DNA of 64,000 nt from an uncultured bacterium (lineage in GTDB: Bacteria; Fidelibacterota; Marinisomatia; Marinisomatales; UBA1611): NCBI GenBank assembly GCA_965660855.1, contig CBFIBM010000011.1:1-64000 (forward strand), in the 5' to 3' direction. Under the pieces are notes generated by a model that did no database searches, was not told where the DNA came from, and saw nothing but the letters and a program-made list of their open reading frames with translations. The position numbers were made by a program, and so were the translations under genes. Below, piece by piece: positions 10,440 through 21,119 of this stretch; within the stretch, counting starts at the first letter, position 1; each line of letters opens with the position of its first letter.

Positions 10440-10453
10440 ATCTAAATAAATTA

Positions 10454-11845
10454 TTACTTATTTAATTCTTCAATACTGTCTTTAAGTAATTGAATAATTT
10501 CATCTTTGTCACTTATCTTATTCTTGTCTATTTGAAGTTTAAATCCTTCTTTAGAAGTATCTATTCTAAGGCCTAAATTTTTTTCTGAATTTTCCCCCAA
10601 AACTTGAAATGTTTTTATGGAATGTGCTCTCCCTTTTACTGTTAAACTATCGAAGTAATTACAATTGATTTCTTTTTTTATTAAGTTATATGTGTTTTCA
10701 GATATTAGGATTTCATTAGAATCTGCTAAAGATTCAAGCCTTGAAGCTAAGTTTACACCATTACCTAGAACTGTATAATCTAATCTATCTAATGAACCAA
10801 AGTTACCAACAGTACACATATCAGTATGTATCCCCATTCGAACATCAAGAGATTCAGATACGCCTGCTAATTCCCAGTTTTTCCTGAGTTCCTCTAAAGC
10901 TTTTTTCATACTAATAGCCATTGATACACATGAAATAGCGTCTTCTTTAACACCTTTTGATTCTGGATCCCCAAAAAATATCATGATGGCATCTCCAATA
11001 TACTTGTCTACAGTTCCACCATATTCAATTGCAATATCAGTCATTTTTGTTAAATAACTTGTTATTAATGTAGTAAGTATTTCTGGCTCAAGTTTCTCTG
11101 TTATTGTTGTAAAACCTTTTATATCAGAAAAAAATACAGTAAGATTTTTCCTTGAGGTATTAATTGTTACGTCCAATGCACCTGAAAAAATTGAATTATA
11201 TACTTGAGGTGAAAAATATTTTGATAATTTATTTAAAATTTTTTCTTTATCTTTAGTGTCCGTGATATCTGTACCATATAGTAGATAAAAATTAAATTCA
11301 TATATTTTTACGAAGTGAAATAGGTAATGTTTTTCACCTATTTCTAATTCAAAAGCTTTTCTTTTATTTGATATTTTATTGAAAATTCTTTTTGGGAGTT
11401 TTTCATTTAAACCAATAGATAATTTTTTAATTATATAATTAGATGCTTTGTTGAAATAATTTAATATTCCATTTGAATCTATCCTTAATACAGGGTTGGG
11501 ATTACTATCTGGAAACTTATCAATAACTTTTTTTGCAGTTATGTTAGTACCATAAATATTTATCATTTCTAGTTCTGATGTATAAATTGCATTAAAATGA
11601 AATGTTTGCGTGTTAATGGTAATTTCAAAATTATGTTCATTTGAAATTATCGTTTTTTGAATTTGTTCTTCAATTACACCACTTATCTTTTGATTAAGTT
11701 TAAACCCATAATGTTCAATAATCTGTTTTGAAGGATCATTAAAATATTCAAGTATACTTAAGTTTGATATTTGGATAACAGGATTTGGATTCTTATCCGG
11801 AAATTTTTTAAGTATATTAATTAGGTTTTTAGTATCATTTTTCAT
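10454..11845 (-). CDS. soluble class III adenylate cyclase with two N-terminal PAS-like repeats
   Basis: FSDIKGFT, KYIGDA, DYTVLGNGVNLASRLES; duplicated KFPDxNPNPV...YFN. Confidence 0.9.
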   Translation of the reverse strand: MKNDTKNLINILKKFPDKNPNPVIQISNLSILEYFNDPSKQIIEHYGFKLNQKISGVIEEQIQKTIISNEHNFEITINTQTFHFNAIYTSELEMINIYGTNITAKKVIDKFPDSNPNPVLRIDSNGILNYFNKASNYIIKKLSIGLNEKLPKRIFNKISNKRKAFELEIGEKHYLFHFVKIYEFNFYLLYGTDITDTKDKEKILNKLSKYFSPQVYNSIFSGALDVTINTSRKNLTVFFSDIKGFTTITEKLEPEILTTLITSYLTKMTDIAIEYGGTVDKYIGDAIMIFFGDPESKGVKEDAISCVSMAISMKKALEELRKNWELAGVSESLDVRMGIHTDMCTVGNFGSLDRLDYTVLGNGVNLASRLESLADSNEILISENTYNLIKKEINCNYFDSLTVKGRAHSIKTFQVLGENSEKNLGLRIDTSKEGFKLQIDKNKISDKDEIIQLLKDSIEELNK

Positions 11846-11884
11846 CGAATAATTCCGTTAATGTTTCATTAGTTATATAGTATA

Positions 11885-12091
11885 ATGAATAATTCAAATT
11901 TAAAAAAAATTGTTAGTCATATATTTTCAAAAAAATCATTGTCTATTAGATTGATAACTTTTTTATGGGTATTAATTTGTTCTTGGTACTGGATTGGAGA
12001 CCCAATTAAGTCTGGAAACTTAGCTATATCTGTGTTAATTGGTTCAATGATTATACAGGGTATTTTTGAATGGTTGTTTGATAAAAGTTAA
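11885..12091 (+). CDS. small two-TM membrane protein (DUF2061-like pattern)
   Basis: two hydrophobic segments, KSLSIR...G...EWLF. Confidence 0.55.
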   Translation: MNNSNLKKIVSHIFSKKSLSIRLITFLWVLICSWYWIGDPIKSGNLAISVLIGSMIIQGIFEWLFDKS

Positions 12092-12151
12092 CAAAAAATT
12101 GCATATTTTGATTCTATTTATATTTTTTAATAATTCTTCAAGCTATTTAAA

Positions 12152-12931
12152 ATGAAATTAGATTTATTTCAAGTGGATGCATTTACTGATAAAGTATTTC
12201 AGGGTAACCCTGCTGCTGTTATTCCTCTAGATAAGTGGTTGCCCAATCAAACTATGCAATCCATCGCTCAAGAAAATAATTTATCTGAAACAGCTTTCTT
12301 TATCAAAAAAGATTTACATTATGAAATAAAATGGTTCACTCCATTTCGAGAAGTTGATTTATGTGGCCATGCTACATTAGCTGCTGCATTTATTTTGTTC
12401 GAGATTTTAGAAATTGATTTAGATAAGATAATATTTAAATCAAGATCGGGTAGGCTGGTTGTTGAAAAAGATGGTAATCTTTTTAGAATGGATTTTCCAT
12501 CTCAAAAGCCCGAAAAATGTACTCCTCCCAAAATATTAGAAGATGCTTTAGGATTAAAACCTTTGGCTTGTTATTTTAATGAAGATTATGTTGTTATTTT
12601 TGAAAATGAGGAGTTAGTTATAAATATTGATCCTAGTTTTCATAAATTAAAAAAGCTCAAATCCAGAGGAGTTATAATTACTGCACCAGGTGTTAAATAT
12701 GATTTTGTTTCTAGAGCTTTCTTCCCAAGATATGGGATAAACGAGGACCCCGTTACAGGATCTGCTCATACAAAACTAATTCCATACTGGTTTCAAGAAA
12801 CTGGAAAGTTTAAATATACGGCTAAACAGCTTTCAAAAAGAGGCGGAGAATTATTTTGCGAATATAATAAAGATAGAGTGTTTATTTCTGGTTCTGCAGT
12901 TCTGTATATGAATGGAAAGTTAGAAATATAA
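12152..12931 (+). CDS. PhzF family isomerase
   Basis: QVDAFT..GNPAAV, SETAF, EVDLCGHATLA, EDPVTGSAH. Confidence 0.95.
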   Translation: MKLDLFQVDAFTDKVFQGNPAAVIPLDKWLPNQTMQSIAQENNLSETAFFIKKDLHYEIKWFTPFREVDLCGHATLAAAFILFEILEIDLDKIIFKSRSGRLVVEKDGNLFRMDFPSQKPEKCTPPKILEDALGLKPLACYFNEDYVVIFENEELVINIDPSFHKLKKLKSRGVIITAPGVKYDFVSRAFFPRYGINEDPVTGSAHTKLIPYWFQETGKFKYTAKQLSKRGGELFCEYNKDRVFISGSAVLYMNGKLEI

Positions 12932-12952
12932 CTTGATAATATTTAACAAGAA

Positions 12953-13984
12953 ATGGATATACTAGAATTATCAAAATATAAAAATATAGATTTAAGGTCT
13001 GAGCATGAATTTAGAAAAAGTACAATACCTGGTAGCATAAATTTACCTATTTTAAGAGATCCAGAATTCGAGTCCATCGGCAAAGAGTATAAAGCCAAAG
13101 GACAAAAAGCAGCTTTAGAGTTAGGTTTGCAAATCGTCTCAGGAGATGTGAAAAATAGAAGAATATCCAAATGGAATAAGCATATTAAATCAAATAATGG
13201 ATGTTTCATATTTTGTTATAGGGGAGGGCTTCGATCAGAGATTGCTAAACAATGGCTTTTAAATGAAAATATGTCTGTGGAAAGAATTAAAGGAGGATAT
13301 AAAAAGGTTAGAGGTATAATTTTAGAAAAATTTCAAAGTCATTCTTTTTACAAAAAAAAATGGATGATCCTAGGGGGATTAACTGGATCAGGCAAAACAA
13401 TTTTGTTAAATAAGTTTAAAAACTCAATTGATATAGAGGGTATTGCAAACCACAGAGGTTCTGCATTTGGAAGGACAAGCACTGTTCAAGATACATGCGC
13501 AAATTTTGAAAATAATTTACTATTTGCATATATAAATAATAGTGCCCCAATTATTTTATTTGAAGATGAAAGTCGGACTATAGGTAAAGCTACTCTACCA
13601 AACAATTGGTATACAAAAATGCAAACCTCTAACCTTATCATACTGGATGTTAGCATGGAAGAAAGAGTTGAAAATATATTAGAAGAATATATTGTATTCG
13701 CTCTTAAAGGTTCTTACGATCAAAAATCACTAAAGATAAAATACACAAGTGCCTTAGAAAAAATTCAAAAGAGACTTGGTGGTGTTTTGTATAAAAAAAT
13801 ACGTCTAAAAATGGAAGGAGCATTTAATAATTCTTCTTTAGAAGAGCATAGAGAATGGATCTTTCATCTACTTTATTATTATTATGATCCAATGTATAAT
13901 CACAAACTTGAAAAAAGAAAAAATTATATAGTTCATCGAGGCGATTATAAATCATGTAATAATTATATAGAGTCTAATAGTTAA
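12953..13984 (+). CDS. mnmH: tRNA 2-selenouridine synthase
   Basis: rhodanese CYRGGLRS, P-loop GLTGSGKT, HRGSAFG, EDESRTIG, YYDPMY. Confidence 0.9.
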   Translation: MDILELSKYKNIDLRSEHEFRKSTIPGSINLPILRDPEFESIGKEYKAKGQKAALELGLQIVSGDVKNRRISKWNKHIKSNNGCFIFCYRGGLRSEIAKQWLLNENMSVERIKGGYKKVRGIILEKFQSHSFYKKKWMILGGLTGSGKTILLNKFKNSIDIEGIANHRGSAFGRTSTVQDTCANFENNLLFAYINNSAPIILFEDESRTIGKATLPNNWYTKMQTSNLIILDVSMEERVENILEEYIVFALKGSYDQKSLKIKYTSALEKIQKRLGGVLYKKIRLKMEGAFNNSSLEEHREWIFHLLYYYYDPMYNHKLEKRKNYIVHRGDYKSCNNYIESNS

Positions 13985-13999
13985 AGTCTAATTCATATA

Positions 14000-14740
14000 A
14001 TGAATGATGAAATAAAAAAGTATAAAAAGTTAGTATGGGGTGAAAATAAACATTCACTATTGAATTACTGCTTCCGGGCACCAGATAATATCGATGAGAG
14101 TAAAAAATACCCATTAATTTTATTCCTTCATGGAGCTGGTGGACGTGGATCAGATAATTCGGAACAACTTTATGATGCTGGAAGTTTAGATGCTTTTAAA
14201 AAGCAATCAATTTTTTCATACCATCAAACATATTTAGTAGCTCCTCAAGTACCCGAAAATAAAAAATGGGTAAATATTGATTGGCATTCACTTGAACATG
14301 AGATGCCTTTAATTACGGAAACAATGAAATTAACGCTTGAATTATTAGAGAGTGTTTTAGAAGATAAAAATAATAAAATTGATAAAACTAGAATTTATGT
14401 TTTAGGTATATCAATGGGTGGGTATGGTGTTTGGGACATAGTTCAAAGGAGACCTTATATGTTTGCTGCGGCGGTTCCTATATGCGGTGGAGGCGACATC
14501 TCTCTATGCCCCATAATCTCACATGTACCCATATGGGCTTGGCATGGTGATTGTGATGATGTAATTGATGTTTCGAGATCTAAATCAATGTTTAATGAAT
14601 TAAAAAAAGAAGGTAGTGATATAATCTACTCTGAAATAAAAGGTAGGGGACATGATGTTTGGATCGATGTTTGGAACTCTGTAGAATTATGGAAATGGCT
14701 TTTTTCAAAAAAACTAACAAACAAAAAAAATAATGAATAA
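14000..14740 (+). CDS. alpha/beta hydrolase (phospholipase/carboxylesterase-like)
   Basis: PLILFLHGAG, GISMGG nucleophile, HGDCD, GHDVW. Confidence 0.85.
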   Translation: MNDEIKKYKKLVWGENKHSLLNYCFRAPDNIDESKKYPLILFLHGAGGRGSDNSEQLYDAGSLDAFKKQSIFSYHQTYLVAPQVPENKKWVNIDWHSLEHEMPLITETMKLTLELLESVLEDKNNKIDKTRIYVLGISMGGYGVWDIVQRRPYMFAAAVPICGGGDISLCPIISHVPIWAWHGDCDDVIDVSRSKSMFNELKKEGSDIIYSEIKGRGHDVWIDVWNSVELWKWLFSKKLTNKKNNE

Positions 14741-14825
14741 AAAATCAAAATTATCTTTTGCCCCAGTGATTGTCTATATAGGAATAATTATTTTCGTACT
14801 TGTTATGCTTAAAATTTTCAATTGA
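14733..14825 (+). CDS. 30-aa single-TM small protein (not in ORF track)
   Basis: MNKKSKLSFAPVIVYIGIIIFVLVMLKIFN; ATG overlaps the upstream gene end. Confidence 0.5.
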   Translation: MNKKSKLSFAPVIVYIGIIIFVLVMLKIFN

Positions 14826-14881
14826 AAATAAAAACCATTTATTTATAAAATTAAAAATTAGAATTTTGGGAATTATAATTT

Positions 14882-15556
14882 ATGTTTAAAGCAATAATTA
14901 TTGGTGCAACCGGAGCTACGGGTAGGCAGCTTTTAAAAAAATTATTAAACAATAAGAAATGTGATCAAATAATAACAATAGGAAGAAAATCCTCTTTAAA
15001 TAATCAACGACACTCAAAATTAAAAGATATCATTTTACCTAATCTTAAGAACTTATCCTCTACTAAGCAGTTCTGGTCAGGAAACGATGTCTTTTTTAAT
15101 TGTATTGGTACTACAAGAAAGATTGCTGGTAGTGCAAAAGAATTTTTTAACGTTGAAGTTGGGATATCATCTGAAGCTGCAAAAATGGCTTTCAAAGCTA
15201 AAATTCCACATGTATCATTAATATCAGCTGCGGGTGTAGATGCAAATATTTGGGCAAAAGAATGGATTCATCCATTATTTTATATGAAAACTATGGGTAA
15301 AAAAGAAAATACAATTTTGAAAGATTATACTTTCCAAAATATTACTATTTTTAAACCAGGTATGTTGTTAAGATTACAAAAAAAACAATCTTGGATAGAA
15401 AACTTTTTAGAATCTATAGGTTCCGGATTAAGAGTCGATTTATTAGCAGATGCTATGATGTTAAATGCTGAAAAATTAAAATTAGATTCTAATCAGAAAT
15501 CTATTAATTTTTTTAAAGGCAATAAGGAAATTAAAGAATATTTAGATAATATCTAG
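14882..15556 (+). CDS. NAD(P)-binding Rossmann protein (TIP30/YraR-like)
   Basis: GATGATG, CIGTT, YxxxxG, FKPG. Confidence 0.85.
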   Translation: MFKAIIIGATGATGRQLLKKLLNNKKCDQIITIGRKSSLNNQRHSKLKDIILPNLKNLSSTKQFWSGNDVFFNCIGTTRKIAGSAKEFFNVEVGISSEAAKMAFKAKIPHVSLISAAGVDANIWAKEWIHPLFYMKTMGKKENTILKDYTFQNITIFKPGMLLRLQKKQSWIENFLESIGSGLRVDLLADAMMLNAEKLKLDSNQKSINFFKGNKEIKEYLDNI

Positions 15557-15569
15557 AAAAGGAAACCAA

Positions 15570-16811
15570 ATGTCAAAAAAAACATCAAGTAGTGACCCAA
15601 CATCAGCAGCATATGAGAGTGCTGTTAAACAACTAGGTCTAAAACCAAATATTGCTCGCGCGCTGGAAATGCCAGACAGAGAGTTATCTGTGGAGGTTCC
15701 TTTTCGATTAGATAATGGTGAATTGGAAAGTGTTGTAGGCTATCGTGTACAGCATAATAATACACGAGGACCGTTCAAAGGAGGTATACGCTATCATCAT
15801 CACGTTGATATTGAAGAGGTTAGATCTCTTGCTACTCTAATGACATGGAAAACCTCTTTAGTTGATATTCCTTATGGAGGAGGTAAAGGAGGTATATCTG
15901 TAGATCCTTCAAAATATAGTAAAACTGAATTAGAAAGGATGTCCAGAAAATTTTTCAGAGCCATTGATCCAATCATTGGTCCGAATATTGATATCCCTGC
16001 TCCAGATGTTAATACTACAGCTCAAGTTATGAGTTGGTTTATGGATGAATATAGTCAATCACATGGTTATACGCCTGCTATCGTAACTGGTAAACCATTA
16101 GAACTAGGAGGTTCAGAAGGAAGAGAAGCCGCTACGGGCAGAGGAACAGCAATTATAACTAGAGAAACAGCTAAAAAATGGAACATAAATTTAAAAGGTG
16201 CAAAAGTTGTTGTTCAAGGATTTGGGAATGTTGGCTCTTATGCAGCAAAATTTCTTAATGAATATGGAGCAAAAATTATAGCAGTAAGTGATGTCTCCGG
16301 TGGATTATATGATCCAGAAGGTTTAGATATACCAACCTTATTTGACTATAATTATGAAAATAAAACCATAGATGGATTTGATCAAGGAACTAAGATTACA
16401 AATGAAAAACTATTAGCTCTAGAATGTGATTTTTTAATTCCTGCTGCCTTGGGAAGCGCGATTAACGATCAGAATGTTGATTCTATAAATTGTAAGGTTA
16501 TAATTGAAGCAGCGAATGGGCCTGTCACAGGTGGAGCCGCAACTAAACTTTGGAATAGGAAAATAGCAATAATTCCAGATATTTTAACCAATGCTGGAGG
16601 TGTAACAGTTTCTTATTTTGAGTGGGTTCAAAACCTACAACAATTTAAATGGACAGAAGAAGATGTAAATCAGCGCCTTGAAGATAAAATGGTAAATGCT
16701 TTTAATGAAGTCTATGAAATCAAAAAAAATAAAAAAGTTCCAATGAGAATAGCTTCATTTATGGTCGCAATTGACAGGGTCTATAGATCCTACCTTTTAA
16801 GAGAAGGTTAA
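15570..16811 (+). CDS. gdhA: glutamate dehydrogenase (Glu/Leu/Phe/Val family)
   Basis: GPFKGGIRY, GGGKGG, DIPAPDV, QGFGNVG, EAANGP, NAGGVTVSYFEWVQN. Confidence 0.95.
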   Translation: MSKKTSSSDPTSAAYESAVKQLGLKPNIARALEMPDRELSVEVPFRLDNGELESVVGYRVQHNNTRGPFKGGIRYHHHVDIEEVRSLATLMTWKTSLVDIPYGGGKGGISVDPSKYSKTELERMSRKFFRAIDPIIGPNIDIPAPDVNTTAQVMSWFMDEYSQSHGYTPAIVTGKPLELGGSEGREAATGRGTAIITRETAKKWNINLKGAKVVVQGFGNVGSYAAKFLNEYGAKIIAVSDVSGGLYDPEGLDIPTLFDYNYENKTIDGFDQGTKITNEKLLALECDFLIPAALGSAINDQNVDSINCKVIIEAANGPVTGGAATKLWNRKIAIIPDILTNAGGVTVSYFEWVQNLQQFKWTEEDVNQRLEDKMVNAFNEVYEIKKNKKVPMRIASFMVAIDRVYRSYLLREG

Positions 16812-16819
16812 GACCTCTT

Positions 16820-17272
16820 TTGGAAAATAAAAGTGAAAGAATAAAATTGTATACTGATGGTGCATGCAAAGGAAATCCAGGTATTGGTGGTTGGGGTGTT
16901 TTAGTCAAAGCAAAAAATCTAAAGAAAGAGTTATGTGGTTTTTCAGAAAACACTACAAATAATCGTATGGAGTTAGTTGCTGTAATAGAAGGATTAAAAT
17001 TCATCAAACAAAATATGGAAATTATAATTACGACTGATTCACAATATGTAAAAAATGGAATTAATCAGTGGATCATCAATTGGAAAAAAAACGGGTGGAA
17101 AACAGCTTCAAAAAAACCTGTTAAGAATAAAGATCTATGGGTTGAGCTTGATAGTTTAGTACAAAATAAAAAGATTGAATGGAAATGGGTAAGAGGGCAT
17201 TCTGGACATCCTGAAAATGAAAAAGCAGACCAACTTGCAAATGAAGCAATTGAGAATAGTTATGATAAATAA
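16820..17272 (+). CDS. rnhA: ribonuclease HI
   Basis: YTDGACKGNPG, TTNNRMEL, TDSQY, WVRGHSG..ENEKADQLA. Confidence 0.97.
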   Translation: MENKSERIKLYTDGACKGNPGIGGWGVLVKAKNLKKELCGFSENTTNNRMELVAVIEGLKFIKQNMEIIITTDSQYVKNGINQWIINWKKNGWKTASKKPVKNKDLWVELDSLVQNKKIEWKWVRGHSGHPENEKADQLANEAIENSYDK

Positions 17273-17323
17273 TCTTGTATACAAGTAATTACATATGATA
17301 ATTTTATTAAAAATAAACTTTAG

Positions 17324-18577
17324 ATGATAATTCAATACATCAAACTATTTATTAATGAAATATGGTCCCTGACCGTAATGATGGCACCATATCTTTTGCT
17401 AGGAATGCTATTTTCTGGTTTAATATCAATGTTTATTGATAAAGGAATCGTTCTAAAGCACATTGGAGCAAAAAATTTTAAATCTATTTTTAAATCTACT
17501 ATTTTTGGCGTTCCACTTCCATTGTGCTCTTGTGGTGTTATTCCCGTGGCTGCGACATTAAAAGAATCTGGTGCATCAAAAGGTGCAACGATTGCATTTC
17601 TTGTTTCTACACCTCAGACTGGTTTTGATAGTATATTTTTGACATATGGAATGCTTGGCCCAGTTTTCGCAATATATAGACCTTTTGCAGCATTAATATC
17701 AGGTCTTTTGAGCGGATTGTTTATAAATAAATATGATGAAGATGACCATCACCACCCTAAAAATAATAATAATGAAATTAAAAATTTTGAATTTGCAGTT
17801 AGATTAAAAAATGGAATTATTTACGGATTTTATACTCTTCCTAAAGATATTGTGGTCCCATTACTACAAGGAATTTTAGTTGCTGGTGTAATATCTATAT
17901 TAATTCCACCAGGGTTGGTAGCTGAGATATTTTCTTCAAAATCAAATTTTATGTATTTAGTAATGCTTGTGGTTTCCTTGCCTTTGTATGTTTGTGCTAC
18001 TGCCTCAATACCCATTGGGTTGGCTCTTATGTCAAAAGGACTTAGCGCTGGTGCAGTGTTTGTGTTTTTAATGGCAGGTCCAGCTACGAATGCTGCTTCA
18101 ATAAATATAGTGAAAAATATTTTAGGCAAGAAAACAATGTATTATTATTTGGCACTGATATCATCGACCGCAATAATATTTGGTTTTATTTTAGATTCAT
18201 TTACATCAATTTCGCATCAAGACTTAATACACCAAGACCATATACATTTAATGGATAGTATTGGATCGATTGTCTTAACAATTGTTTTTCTACTGATTTT
18301 AATCCATTCATATTTTTTTAATTATGGAGGAAATACCGTGAGCGAAAAAAATAAAAGTCAATCCTTAGAGTCTAATGATGAAATAGTTATAAATGTTCAA
18401 GGTATGACATGTAGTCATTGTAAAGAAAGTGTTGAGTCTGCTGTATCTAGTTGTAAAGGAGTTGTTGAAACATTGGTTGATTTACCATCTGGAAATGTAA
18501 AAATAATTGGTGCTGGTTATAAGAAAGATGATATAGAAGCAAAAATAATAAATAGAGGCTTTACAATATCTTCTTGA
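17324..18577 (+). CDS. DUF318/SO_0444-type metal permease with C-terminal HMA domain
   Basis: PLPLCSCGVIP, PLYVCATAS, GPATN, GMTCSHC. Confidence 0.9.
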   Translation: MIIQYIKLFINEIWSLTVMMAPYLLLGMLFSGLISMFIDKGIVLKHIGAKNFKSIFKSTIFGVPLPLCSCGVIPVAATLKESGASKGATIAFLVSTPQTGFDSIFLTYGMLGPVFAIYRPFAALISGLLSGLFINKYDEDDHHHPKNNNNEIKNFEFAVRLKNGIIYGFYTLPKDIVVPLLQGILVAGVISILIPPGLVAEIFSSKSNFMYLVMLVVSLPLYVCATASIPIGLALMSKGLSAGAVFVFLMAGPATNAASINIVKNILGKKTMYYYLALISSTAIIFGFILDSFTSISHQDLIHQDHIHLMDSIGSIVLTIVFLLILIHSYFFNYGGNTVSEKNKSQSLESNDEIVINVQGMTCSHCKESVESAVSSCKGVVETLVDLPSGNVKIIGAGYKKDDIEAKIINRGFTISS

Positions 18578-18581
18578 ACAT

Positions 18582-19583
18582 TTGTGTTTAATCTTAAAAG
18601 GATTATCAATTAAAAGGTTTCAATATTACCTTATTTTTATAATTTCATTTTTTTTAAATGCTCAAAATAATACTCTAGATTTCTATTATACTCACTCATC
18701 TCTTTTTTTCTTTGAAGCAATTGAAAATGGAGAAGTTTCAGGTATTACATGGAACCCTAATACTGAAAAATTCCTTTTAATTAATGATGAAAATGGGCTT
18801 ATTTGGGAAGCTGATACAAATTTAAGTGTAATTCGAATCATAACAGGGGCTAATTTTGGTGATACTGAAGATATAATATATTTTAATTATGATAGTTATG
18901 GTATTATAACTGAAGCGGGCAAGCTTTATATAGGTGATATAACAGACGGGAACAATAATTACCATATCAATGTAAGTGACTTCCAAGAGATTTCGTTCAC
19001 AAACCATAATGGTAATAGTGGACCTGAAGGCATTGCTTATGATGGGCTCACAGAAATGATTTACATTGCAAAAGAAAAGAATCCCATGGAGATCTATCGT
19101 TTCCAATTGCCAACAAGCCATAATGATATAACAATTGACCCAGAAATACCATTTGATGCTCAATCAATTTTTGCAAATACTTTAGATGATATTTCTGCAA
19201 TACTTTTTGATGAAAGAATTCAACGATTATTAGTGCTAAGTGAAGATTCAAATAAAATTATTGATGTTGAACCAGAAAATGGGACTATTAAAGGATTTTA
19301 TGATTTAGAAAATGATCATCAATATGAAGGAATATCTTTTTTAGATAAAAATTATAATTTAGTTATTGGTTGAGAACCAAATTTTTATTTAAAAGTATTT
19401 AGAAACTGTCAATCCGAAATTATAAATTTATCTTTTAATTTAATTTGCGTATTAGATAGTATATTAACGAATGATGAACATTGCTTTTTAGATTTAAATT
19501 ATGGTCAAACAACTGATATATTTGATACGCTGATTGCAATAGACTTACAAAACGGTTTTAACTACTATAATTGTTCAGACTAA
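18582..19583 (+). pseudogene. SdiA-regulated/YjiK-like beta-propeller protein interrupted by in-frame TGA at 19371-19373; frame continues 69 aa to TAA at 19583
   Basis: EVSGITW, DTEDI, GPEGIAY, YIAKEKNP, YEGISF; after the stop the YjiK-like EPN motif continues, then a dockerin-like DLNYGQTTDIFD segment. Confidence 0.7.
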
Positions 19584-19739
19584 AATAGATCAGGTAGGTA
19601 TAATTTTTGAAACAAATAAAAATGATTAAATTTGAAGAATTATTAAATTATTTATTTATAGGTTAAACTATATTATTAAATAATTCTTACTAAACAGCTT
19701 GATTAATTTTTAACTAAACTAAATTAAAGAGTATACATT

Positions 19740-21083
19740 ATGTCAAAAAATATAAGTTCTGAAATGATTGATGATTTTCATGGAGAAATAAACAAAGATA
19801 ATCATCTAAAAGTTATAAGAAATGCCGGTGTTAGGAATGAATTAACAGAATTAGCTATGGACTGGGATTCTTTTCGAAAAATTGACCACTCTTTTTCAGA
19901 TGTAGTCGAGGGTGAGATGCCTGCCACTAATCAAAAATCTAGTGGCAGATGTTGGGGTTTTGCAGGTTTAAATTTATTTAGAGTTCATTTAGGTAGAAAA
20001 TATAACTTGAAAGATTTCCAATTCTCTCAAAGTTATTTTATGTTTTGGGATAAATTGGAAAAGTCAAATTATTTCCTCGAATCTATCCTTCAAACATTAG
20101 ATAAGGACTGGAATAGTAGAATCCTTATGCATTTACTATCGGACCCAATTCAAGATGGAGGGCAATGGGATATGTGGGTAAATTTGGTCGAAAAATATGG
20201 AGTTGTTCCACAATCAGAGATGTCAGAATCATTTTCCTCCAGTCAGTCTGCTCGGATGAATAAAATGATCACCCGGAAACTTAGAGAAAATGCAAAAATC
20301 TTAAGATCAAAAGCATCAAAAAATTCTGATGCTACTTCTTTGAACAAAATAAAAAATGGAATGCTTAAGGATATTTACAAAATGCTTACGGTTCATTTAG
20401 GTACTCCTCCAAAAAAGTTTAATTGGCAGACAAGAGACAAAAAGAATAACTTCATTCGTTTTAAAAATGAAACACCTCAATCTTTTTTTAAAAATCATGT
20501 AGGGTTAAAACTAGATGAATATATATGCTTGATTAATTGCCCAATGTCAGACAAAGACTATAATAAAGTTTATACTGTTGAATTCCTAGGGAATGTTATT
20601 GAAGGGAAAAAAATAAGGTATCTTAATGTTACAAGTGGTGAAATGAAACAAGCTGCAATCTCATCCATCAAGGTTAATGAGCCAGTATGGTTTGGTTGTG
20701 ATGTTGGAAAATTCTTTCATCGTGATCTAGGAGTTATGGATACAAATTTATTTGACTTCAATTCTTTTTATGGAATCAATTTTGGTATGGATAAAGGTTC
20801 TAGGCTAGAATATGGAGATAGTCAAATGACACACGCTATGTTATTTACTGGTGTGGATTTAGATTCTGAAAACTCTGCTAAAAAATGGCGTGTAGAAAAT
20901 AGCTGGGGTACAAAAGGTGGTGACAAAGGCTATCATATCATGTCTGATAATTGGTTTGATGAATATAATTACGAGGTAGTTATTCATAAATCCCATGTCT
21001 CAAAAGAATTACAAGAATTATTTCAAAAAAGTGATGCAATACCTTTAAAGCCTTGGGATCCAATGGGAGCTTTAGCAAAGTAA
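19740..21083 (+). CDS. pepC: aminopeptidase C / bleomycin hydrolase (C1B)
   Basis: NQKSSGRCWGFA, DGGQWDM, MTHAM, WRVENSWG, PWDPMGALA. Confidence 0.95.
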   Translation: MSKNISSEMIDDFHGEINKDNHLKVIRNAGVRNELTELAMDWDSFRKIDHSFSDVVEGEMPATNQKSSGRCWGFAGLNLFRVHLGRKYNLKDFQFSQSYFMFWDKLEKSNYFLESILQTLDKDWNSRILMHLLSDPIQDGGQWDMWVNLVEKYGVVPQSEMSESFSSSQSARMNKMITRKLRENAKILRSKASKNSDATSLNKIKNGMLKDIYKMLTVHLGTPPKKFNWQTRDKKNNFIRFKNETPQSFFKNHVGLKLDEYICLINCPMSDKDYNKVYTVEFLGNVIEGKKIRYLNVTSGEMKQAAISSIKVNEPVWFGCDVGKFFHRDLGVMDTNLFDFNSFYGINFGMDKGSRLEYGDSQMTHAMLFTGVDLDSENSAKKWRVENSWGTKGGDKGYHIMSDNWFDEYNYEVVIHKSHVSKELQELFQKSDAIPLKPWDPMGALAK

Positions 21084-21119
21084 ATCTTATCAACTCCGAA
21101 AATTAGAAGGAGATTAAAT

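Noticed and set aside
12152..12931. Phenazine biosynthesis cluster
   Set aside because: Lone PhzF-like gene with no other phz genes
16820..17272. RNase H as part of a retron or retroelement
   Set aside because: Ordinary housekeeping RnhA; no reverse transcriptase nearby
19371..19430. Selenocysteine insertion at the TGA
   Set aside because: Downstream sequence is AT-rich with no convincing SECIS hairpin, and the site is not a redox motif; kept only as a low-probability alternative
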